From Savitreella phatthalungensis (taxonomy: Eukaryota), in the NCBI GenBank assembly GCA_051599415.1, contig AP039699.1:186001-250000 (forward strand): a stretch of 64,000 nt of DNA, given 5' to 3'. The notes beneath the pieces are model-generated. The model ran no database searches. It worked only from the letters and a program-made list of their open reading frames with translations, and had not been told where the DNA came from. Positions 55,826-64,000 of the stretch are shown here, piece by piece. Numbering within the stretch: the first letter of the stretch is position 1; every line of letters begins with the position of its first letter. The position numbers and the translations under genes were made by a program.

Positions 55826-57477
55826 TCATTTGACTAGTCCGCGGACGACTACTTGTCCATCTCTACTCTCATATCTATAGCCTTCCCGGGTCAGCATCTT
55901 CTCGACCGCAGGCAAGATCCTCGCCTCTCCGCCAGACGAGTGTCGGCCAACACCAGTCACGATTCTATAAGGTCGCACGGCGATCAATCCACCTTTCCCA
56001 CTTCTAGCCGCAACCGTATCGATCAGACCCCCATGAACGCCACCGGATGACGGCTCAAGCAGTTTCTCCTGCGCGTACCACCTGTTGACGCCCTCTCGGA
56101 CAATGATAAGCGCCTGAGCGACGGACAGACCATGTAGATCGACAAAGTGACCTGAGTCGACGTGTTCTCGTGCAGCGACAGAGGGTGCAGGGTTCGCGGT
56201 CGCTGGTGTGGCATAGTCTGCCAGGAGGTGAGCATCTGCGGAAGCTAGCGATCGTTCCCGAGCAGCCTGTCTCGCATGCCGCAGCTTCCACGCACGCAAC
56301 TTGGCATCCCACTCACGCCCGCTCGCAGCGTACGTGGCCGATGCGCCACCAGCACCAGCGCCCTCGCTACGCAAACGGCGGTGCGCAGCTGATGCCTTTG
56401 CAAACGCATCATCCCTACGACGCAAGCACTCCTCCACCCGCGCCAAGCACTCGCGAGCTGTCAATCCGTCAGGATCGCGGTCGATGCCAGGTCCAGAAGC
56501 GATGTCTGTCCGTGGCGTTGCGGTGTCGCGTGGTGCGGTAGAAGATAGACTCGTTTTAGCCATCTCGGTAGAGATGTCGAATGGTCGGAATGTTCCTAGA
56601 ATCCCACACACCTTCTCTGCAACCAGCTCGTCTATGTAGGTATGTCTGATGGCATTCTCGATCTGAGAGCTCTGCCCAAGCCAGGCATCTTCTTAGTCAA
56701 GCGCTCCTGCAACGAGCGTGCCCGTCCCTCAAGCTCCTGTAACACGACGGCAAAGTCAGGTTCAGGTTGTCCAGGACCGACCAGCTTATCCCGCTCCTTG
56801 ACCTCGATCTCTGCAATGTCCTCAATCGATGGTGCGTGCCGGTGCTCGACCAAATCGTACAGTGCGCCGGCAAGCGAGCCCCTGTGCTTATGAAATGCAC
56901 TCGTGACGACCTCCCTTGGCAAATGCAAAGCCCCACCAACCCAATCGACCTGACCAGTCATCTTGTCCCATACGCTCCCATTCCCAACCGCCTCTTCCAC
57001 CTCCTCCTGTGTATGCCTACCCTGCCTGCCCTCTCCTCGCCTGCGGCCCTTCCTCGCCCTCCACCTGCCACCACCAGTCGCATAAAACAGCTCATCCACC
57101 GCCCCACCTTCCTCCCCACCATCCACGACCGCCAGCACACGCCGTTCCTCATCCAGCAGTTCGTGATTCAAAATCTCGTCAACAGCCCGATCGACGTCAC
57201 CACCACACCGTCGGAGCACAAAAGACAACTGCCCAACCTTCTGCCCTGGGAACGACCGCTTTAGAAACTTCAACCGCTCATCGTCACCACACCCGCCAAC
57301 ATCCACGTCGTCGTGGTCTAGGTGTGTGGCTGTGACATCGTCCGCGATTGCCGCCTTCAGCGCTTCCAGATCGTCTCGGAGGTTCGGCGGGTTTTCTGCA
57401 GCGAGTGCTAGGATGAGTTGCGGGTCTATGGGTGGACTGAATTGTTGTAGAAGAAGGGCGATCTCGTGGTCGTCCAT
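55826..57477 (-). CDS. CUE2: Cue2-like CUE + SMR endonuclease, split over two frames near 56663-56690
   Basis: The 5' ORF has CUE-like repeats (QFSPPIDPQLI; LKRSFPG..VLRRCGGDVDRAVDEILN). The 3' ORF has an SMR domain (VDLHGLSVAQAL; IVTGVGRHS). The two frames overlap across a third CUE-like unit. Confidence 0.8.
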
Positions 57478-57548
57478 GTCGTGTTTGTAGAGGTGACATC
57501 ACCTGTAAATACACCCGTTTTAAAAATACGATACACTCACAAACACTC

Positions 57549-58016
57549 ATGGCGTCACGCATCGCTCGCATCGCAACCCTCACACCACGATCGCTCACCA
57601 CAAGGACGATGGCGACGAAGTCGGTGGGAGGGCGGCCTGCGACGCTGGATGGCGGGAGGTATATGCGGTTGGCGACAAGCTCACTGAATTTGGTGCTAAG
57701 GCGGTTGGAGAGGTGTGGTGAGGATGGAAGGGGTGAGGAGTTTGATGTTGATCTGTCGGATGGGGTGATGAATGTCGTCTTTGGAGGAACGGGTGAGACG
57801 TATGTGATCAATAGGCAGCCACCAAGTAAACAGATCTGGCTCTCATCACCAGTCAGTGGGCCTAAACGATTCGATTTCTACGAGGGAGAAGGCTGGGTGT
57901 ATACAAAGGACGGTACGCGGTTGAAGGCGCTGCTGGAAGAAGAGTGGCGTGATAAGCGTGGGCTTTCAATCGATCTAGAGGGATTAGGGATCTTGGAGGA
58001 CGTCGAGCTTGATTAA
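57549..58016 (+). CDS. YFH1: Frataxin
   Basis: Presequence, DVDLSDGVM and TYVINRQPPSKQIWLSSPVSGPKRFD. Confidence 0.95.
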   Translation: MASRIARIATLTPRSLTTRTMATKSVGGRPATLDGGRYMRLATSSLNLVLRRLERCGEDGRGEEFDVDLSDGVMNVVFGGTGETYVINRQPPSKQIWLSSPVSGPKRFDFYEGEGWVYTKDGTRLKALLEEEWRDKRGLSIDLEGLGILEDVELD

Positions 58017-58113
58017 GAGAGGAAAAGGATCGGATGGAAATCGATTACTCAGGATTACTACTACGGCGTACGTGATTTACTTGTTTGAGACGTGTATGTG
58101 GGAGTGGGATGAA

Positions 58114-59613
58114 TTACACGACTGGGTTGTGGGCACCGACAGTTGGGTAAGGTGTGCCGTCAGGTGCGACACCAGATGTTGTGGTGGCTGCAGTTGTGTG
58201 AGTGGTGGCGGCCGTGGCAGGGACTGTATGGGTGGTTGCAGTCGCAGGAACCGCTGTGGTCTCGTGGGTGGCCGGAACTGTGGAGGTTGTTGTTGCTGCT
58301 GCTGGGATTGCCTGGTGCTGCTGCTGCTGTTGAGCTGGCGTAGTTGGTGAAGCGAGCTCCGAGTCAGACTCGTCTCCAGGAGCGGTCTCCTCGACATTCG
58401 GGCTCGAAGCTGCGAACTTCTTGATCGCAGTCCACCACCTGACAAGCTCCTCATACGAGGTTGCCTGGAATGCAAAGTCGTGCTTTGATGAGATGAGACC
58501 CTTGGTCTTGCCGCTCAGGATGAACTTGTTCTTCTGAGACTGCGGCGACGAGTGGGCACCGAGCGCGCACGTGCTTACGTCGATCGACCACTCTGGCTCC
58601 GGGTCAGACTCGTGCGACTTTGACTTGAACTCGTGGAGGAATCCAGAAGGTGTGAGAACGTAGTAGCCGGCGTTGTACTTCTTGATCACTGTGCCCTTTC
58701 GGAACAGGTCACCCTCAATCACCGGCACAGTTGCCTTGTCGTCCTTGCCTGCAAAGACGAGGCTGTTGGCTGAGCGCTTTGGTGCGTGAGCATCCAGAAG
58801 TCCTCCCTTCTGTGCGAATGTTCCCCAGACGGCGGTAGGGGTGACAGTGGATGTGTTTTGGCTCAGAGAGTTGTGAGAGTTCTGGAGGTTTGTGGCCTCT
58901 GCGGATGCTTGGCTGCCGAGCTGGGAGACGAGGTTCTGGATCGACTGGACGATCTGCGCCTCAAAATCAGCGCATTCCTTCTGTAGCGCGAGCAAGGTGT
59001 CTGTGTGGTCGTTCTCCTCAGTGACCTGGTTGTGGAGGCGGTGGAGGACGCCGCGGTGGGTGATGTAAGGGTCCTCTGATGCCTTGATGCTCGACGCTGG
59101 TCCGGAAGACTTGGCGATGTGTGTGCCGAGAAGGGTGATGTGCTTCTCCGTGTCACTCTGGAGCTTTGACACAGACTTTGAGCCCTTGACGCCGTCCTTG
59201 TCGAGACGCTTGACAAAGTCCTTGATCTCGCCGTCGAGACGCTTGGCGCCCTTGACGAGTGTGGAGTCGACCTGGTTGCCGAATGTCTGGTGGTCGTTTG
59301 AGAGCTTTGTGGCGTGTCCCTGGAGCTGTGAGAAGATGTCACGGACGCCGCTGCCTTCGAATGTTTGCTGGTCCTTCTGGAATGGGACGTCGATTGTCTT
59401 TGCTACACGTGCCCAGTCTTTTGAGTTGCTGTCATGGATTTTTTCGACGTGCTTGAAGTAGGATTCGAGGTCAGAGACGAGTGATCTCCATGCCTTGAAC
59501 CGTTGTTCGAGCAGTTCTGATGGATCTGCGTTATTTGCGGTTGCTGGGATTGCTGAAGTGTCTAGCTTACGGGTTGCTTCAGCGGTTGTTGGCGCTGCTG
59601 CTGCTGCGGACAT
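58114..59613 (-). CDS. BAR + PH domain protein (Slm1-like)
   Basis: RFKAWRSLVSDLESYF, DPYI..HRLHNQVTEEN, and PH domain GDLFRKG..YYVLTPSGFLHEFK..FQATSYEELVRWW. Confidence 0.8.
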   Translation of the reverse strand: MSAAAAAPTTAEATRKLDTSAIPATANNADPSELLEQRFKAWRSLVSDLESYFKHVEKIHDSNSKDWARVAKTIDVPFQKDQQTFEGSGVRDIFSQLQGHATKLSNDHQTFGNQVDSTLVKGAKRLDGEIKDFVKRLDKDGVKGSKSVSKLQSDTEKHITLLGTHIAKSSGPASSIKASEDPYITHRGVLHRLHNQVTEENDHTDTLLALQKECADFEAQIVQSIQNLVSQLGSQASAEATNLQNSHNSLSQNTSTVTPTAVWGTFAQKGGLLDAHAPKRSANSLVFAGKDDKATVPVIEGDLFRKGTVIKKYNAGYYVLTPSGFLHEFKSKSHESDPEPEWSIDVSTCALGAHSSPQSQKNKFILSGKTKGLISSKHDFAFQATSYEELVRWWTAIKKFAASSPNVEETAPGDESDSELASPTTPAQQQQQHQAIPAAATTTSTVPATHETTAVPATATTHTVPATAATTHTTAATTTSGVAPDGTPYPTVGAHNPVV

Positions 59614-59882
59614 GACTTGGACAGACTACTTTTGTATGAAGTGTTTTTGGAGTATGAGGCTGTGTGGAAATGGTGTGGTTGTAGTTGTGGTTGTGGTTAT
59701 ATAGATTAAGGTGTGTGGTGTGATGAGGGAGTATAGAGAGACTGACGTAGAGCGTGACCCAACGTAACGCAGTGTACAATGATGACCTGGATTGAACTTT
59801 CCAGAGGTCAAAGTGACAGAATAGAATAGACTAGAGACTAGGAGGAGAGTGACTGTGGTTGTCGATCCATCTTGGCTGATTG

Positions 59883-59934
59883 GACTGACTGAGTGACTGA
59901 CTGACTGACTGACTGACTGACTGACTGACTGACT
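59883..59934. repeat. (GACT)n microsatellite upstream of the BAR-PH gene
   Basis: About 13 units with one variant. Confidence 0.9.
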
Positions 59935-60547
59935 GGAGTGACTGATATGACTTGACGATCCCTCTTTTGTGCTTGGACCGCTCCTTCTGTAGATCGATGG
60001 CTGGACGGCTGAGCTGATGAATTGACAGAGCATGTATATTGCTCTGGCAGTGATTCCGTTGGAGACAATCTGGATAGACTGACTTGTTTTCGTGCTTGTC
60101 AGTGGGACGGCGAGCTGTGAATCTGGTAAGGGTCAAGCGAAGAAAGGAAATTTCCATGTCAATTTTCGTGGATGGTGGGATTGTATCTGGGCGACCTTGG
60201 AAAGGTCGGTTGACTTTCCTTTTGTGGAATGTTGAATGGTCAGACCTATGACGCAATACCACATCACTCTTTCTCAATCACTTTCACTCATTCTATCCCA
60301 CCACACCCAGTCACTCACTCTCTTACCCCTGTCAGTCACTCCCTCAATTGTAGCCCATCTCATGCCACTGAAGGATTACTTCCATGCACTTAGATTTATC
60401 CTCCCCAAACACTCGCCACCAGTCTCACCTGAAAACCCAACAGTAAAACATGTGATAATTAAATCATTCACGACCACTAGTACTACCAACATACTAGCTC
60501 AACCCAGCTCACAACTGGGCCAGTATACTCGAATTTGGATTTTCTTC

Positions 60548-60581
60548 ACTTGACTTGACTTGACTTGACTTGACTTGACTT
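60548..60581. repeat. (ACTTG)n pentanucleotide repeat downstream of the P450
   Basis: acttgacttgacttg... read directly. Confidence 0.9.
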
Positions 60582-60617
60582 CCAATAACTTGACTACGAG
60601 AATTGACAGAAGATTTT

Positions 60618-62231
60618 CTACAGCTGCGTCAGAATCACAGGAAGACCACCTTTCGGACGCATCGTGATATTCGACTTTGGTTCGACCTTGTGGTTTGGTT
60701 TAGGATCGATCTGGAAGGCTGTGACGATGGAGGTTAGGAGACACTTCATTTCCATGATTGCGAATCGCTGGCCGATGCAGCCACGTGATCCATGTAGGAA
60801 TGTCTCGTTGCCGTAGTGGTTGTAGGTTAGGGGCAGGTTGTCCCATCGGTCTGGGTCGAATGTATTTGCGGTCGATCCCCACACGAGCGGCGACCTGTTG
60901 ATGGCGCTAGGGACAATAAAGATGTTGCTGTCCTTCGGCACAAACACACCCTCGATATAGCCGTCCTCGATCGCAGTACGGCGGGTGATCGGCACAGGCG
61001 GGAAGAATCGCAGGACCTCCTTCACGACGTTACCAAGGTACTTTAGACTGTCGAGCTGCTCAAAGGTTGGTTCCTCATGGCCAATGTTCTCTGTCAGCTC
61101 GAGTCGCAGCTTCTTTTGCACATCTTGGTGGATCGAGAGCGCGTGCATTGCCCAGGTCGTGCTGCTGGATGTGGTCTCGTGCCCTGCAGCGAGAAGGGTG
61201 AGGGACTGATCAGCAATTTCCTTGTGTGTGAGTGGCGCGTCTCCGTCATTGTCCTTTTGCTTCTTCGAGTTGTTGTCACGAAGCAGGAGACTGAAGATAT
61301 CATCGCCAGTGTCCTCGCCGCGGTCTAGACGAGCGACTTTGTCACTGATGATCTCGTTCGCCACCCTGCTCACGGTCTCGATATCAGCGTCAAGCTCTCT
61401 GTGACGTTTGAATGGTAGAGAGCGGACCCATGGCTGGTAGAATGCAGCGACACTCAGGATGCGCGAAGCCTTTGAAAAGTCAAACATATCGGCGTATGCT
61501 GCGGCCAATGGGTTCTGCTGTCCGCCTGCCAGACCACGGATCGACCCAAATTCTGTGCCAAAGCCGGCAGACCCGATGATGTCGAGCGTCGCGGCACTCA
61601 GTGCATTCAGGACCTCGATTTCGGCAGATGCAGTCGAGCCACTCTTCGAGTTCTTCGAAATCACATCGGACCAGTATCCCACAAGTTCTTGTGACTTTGA
61701 CCAGAAGATGGGAACCATCGCCTTGAGATTTGCGTAGCTGAAAGAGGGATTCATCTGTTTACGCTGGCGACGGTGTACGTCTCCTTCAGCAAACAAGATT
61801 CCCTCAGCGCCGAGAATGGTCTTGAGAGCTCCGGAGACATCGGCCGGCTTTGGGTATGCATAGCAGTTAGTCATGATGTACTGGTGAGCCTTTGGTGAGG
61901 CAATCATGAGACGTTCGCTTGCAAAGAGCGCAGTGTATCGGATGATTGGCTCGTTCGGATGTTCTGTCATCCAACGCAGGTGAGGTTCTCCAGGATCCTC
62001 TCTGAAGATCTCACGAAAGTTGCCGTAGAACCAATGTCCCTTTGGACCTGGCACCCTGCGGATCGGGGAGAAGAAGTTCGGCCAGAGGAAGATTCGCCAG
62101 ATGAAATAGTAGCTGAACAAGGTGACTGAGAGAATTGGCAGGACGATGGTGGTGATAGCATACTGCGGTAGAAGGAAGTGCCTGACTGCCTGCGCCGCCA
62201 GTGCTGATGATACGACGAGAGGTAGAAGCAT
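60618..62231 (-). CDS. Cytochrome P450 monooxygenase
   Basis: TM anchor, PGP hinge, I-helix AAGHETT, EVLR, FDPDRW and heme motif FLHGSRGCIG. ATG at 62231. Confidence 0.95.
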   Translation of the reverse strand: MLLPLVVSSALAAQAVRHFLLPQYAITTIVLPILSVTLFSYYFIWRIFLWPNFFSPIRRVPGPKGHWFYGNFREIFREDPGEPHLRWMTEHPNEPIIRYTALFASERLMIASPKAHQYIMTNCYAYPKPADVSGALKTILGAEGILFAEGDVHRRQRKQMNPSFSYANLKAMVPIFWSKSQELVGYWSDVISKNSKSGSTASAEIEVLNALSAATLDIIGSAGFGTEFGSIRGLAGGQQNPLAAAYADMFDFSKASRILSVAAFYQPWVRSLPFKRHRELDADIETVSRVANEIISDKVARLDRGEDTGDDIFSLLLRDNNSKKQKDNDGDAPLTHKEIADQSLTLLAAGHETTSSSTTWAMHALSIHQDVQKKLRLELTENIGHEEPTFEQLDSLKYLGNVVKEVLRFFPPVPITRRTAIEDGYIEGVFVPKDSNIFIVPSAINRSPLVWGSTANTFDPDRWDNLPLTYNHYGNETFLHGSRGCIGQRFAIMEMKCLLTSIVTAFQIDPKPNHKVEPKSNITMRPKGGLPVILTQL

Positions 62232-64000
62232 GTCTCCGTTCGAGAAGAGGAACCAACGATGTATTGGCTTGTCAAGAAAAGTGAATTCCGTCTGAACGGA
62301 CGAGTGAAACGGACGGGAGCAGAGGTGTGAGCGAAAGTTACTCAAGTACTGCGAGAAAGTTGAAGCGATAGCCACCACTTTCCGCTTCAGCGGATGTCAA
62401 GGGTATATTGCGTGTCCGTAGTGGTTGTCTGGGGAAAGGGAAACGGCGTATGCCGTATACGTATATGGCGAGGACGTATGCTGTAGCTGGCTTGTGATAA
62501 TGCGGGTTTGAATCTATAGCAGGTGAGGATATGAAAAGAGGATTTCAAGCGATGATATTGAATCCCTTCAAGTCAAAGTGGATTAAACAGCTGAGCTCCA
62601 CCAATCCTCGGACCCGGTACCAGTTGAGCTAGATACCCCAGGTGGAAGCCAAAGGGAGGATGAGATGGACAAGGTCGGCTGGAAGGGCAGACTCTTGATC
62701 GCTTGCTTGCTCGCTCACGCACTGACAGTTTGTCTGGGGGATGAGTAAAGAGGATTGATTAGCCGCCAATGAAGCGCTTTGCACGGAGCTCGACCGATTT
62801 CTTCGGCCCATGATGGACCCCGAGATTTCACTGTGGACGCTGGGGGTAAATTCAACCTAAATCAAGTCAGCCGGCCGTTGGAGTTGAAAAGTAAAAGTGA
62901 GTTTAAACGACTGAATGCACGAACGGCATATACACGTGATAGCCAAGACTAAGAGTATTTCCACAATCCAAATGGCAAACAAGATGGCAATGACGGTGAC
63001 AGCAGACTGGCCCTCCGACACAGTGGAATCGCAAATAGACTGTATCGAAAGCTGGTCTGCGTGGACTCCAAGCCTCGACCGTTTAAGTCGATGCAAGATC
63101 AGCCGACTCTATCCTACAGTCAGCCTGAGTGAAAGTCTACGCGGGGACTTCCCGGTGAAATTTGTGTTTAAGAGAGAAGTCCACGCACTGTGTTGCCCTT
63201 CTCTCTGTCGCAGGTCTTGTGTCTTGTCATCGTGCAGAGGAACTTCCTGTTCACGTGCGCCGGCTTGTGTTAGAAAACAATTGGAAAGCATATATGAGAA
63301 GAAATCATCTTGTCTGAAGCAAGAGCGAACAGGATGGAAACCACTGTCTAGTGTCCTAGTTAAACTTCAGAAGGTGATTGATCGCCTACCCCTGGTTGAA
63401 TGATCAATTCAGACTGGGAATACAGATCAGACATGGACTATGAGAGTGATTGAAGGACGATATATTTTGAGGTCTGTTCAGAAAGACAATGATTGGCTTG
63501 TGGAATGAAATATCGACGTCAGAGCGTATTGCATCCCGTAGATTACCAGCCAGTCATCGTCCAGGTCTCCTGCTTGCTTTACACCAATTCAAGGCTAATA
63601 TCAGTGAGCCCAAATGAATATCGCCCCGGTACTCCACATTTCTTCAATTTTATTTTAGAACTGGATCTGGATCTTTATCTGGACCTTGGCTGGAATTTGA
63701 GTGGATTTCCACCTGCAGTAGATATAACTATACCGTACATGTACGGGTATGACTTTCGTTAGCTAGTTGCAACCACGGGAGAAATCAGCTAGCTTATATC
63801 CGTTCACCCGAATATAGATAGAGCCATGGCTTCACATGCAGGGAAAGGGTTTACAGCAGGAGCAGTGGATATTGATGACCTTAGTCTGATTGTTACTCCA
63901 CAGATTCAATCCTCTCGATCAATCAGATCCATATCCCGTGTCCTCCTTCCCGTTTCACTTCCCATTTCACCCTGGAATTACATGGTAGCTATAGCTGACC

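Noticed and set aside
54472..62231. Dipeptidase plus P450 as a gliotoxin/ETP-like secondary metabolite cluster
   Set aside because: There is no NRPS, GST or thioredoxin reductase, and housekeeping genes (CUE2, frataxin, BAR-PH) lie between them.
497..62275. Many short or antisense ORFs overlapping real genes (e.g. 5911-6657, 40566-41444, 34406-35146)
   Set aside because: Shadow ORFs are expected in GC-rich coding DNA, and none shows a recognisable domain.

Overview
Gene-dense, intron-poor fungal nuclear DNA. Short GT-AG introns with CTRAC-type branch points and fission-yeast-like orthologues (Rad9, Tsc1, Tht1/Kar5) suggest an ascomycete, possibly Taphrinomycotina; this is inference. About 30 protein-coding genes are supported, mostly housekeeping: a gamma-tubulin complex subunit (5'-truncated), AYR1, TFA2, a mitochondrial PPR protein, CDC31, GTR1, a four-exon COX7 missed by the ORF track, an LYR protein, SNX41/ATG20, ANP1, an MtfA-like C2H2 factor, Rad9, RAD4, KAR5, a RING/RS protein, ABD1, UBP12, TSR2, a SLAC1/TDT transporter, NUF2, RFA2, TSC1, a dipeptidase, CUE2, frataxin, a BAR-PH protein and a P450. 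The most unusual items are: (1) an oversized COX7 intron holding a collinear multi-stem hairpin bounded by a candidate 3' splice site and a consensus GTATGT donor; (2) a 1.4-kb non-autonomous CCC...GGG TIR element with subterminal repeat arrays; (3) a frame break separating the CUE domains from the SMR nuclease in CUE2; (4) an internal presequence-like segment in the PPR ORF; (5) a 1,057-nt ATG-free stretch before the C2H2 factor; (6) an LYR gene with no in-frame ATG. All family calls come from motif recognition by eye, not database searches.
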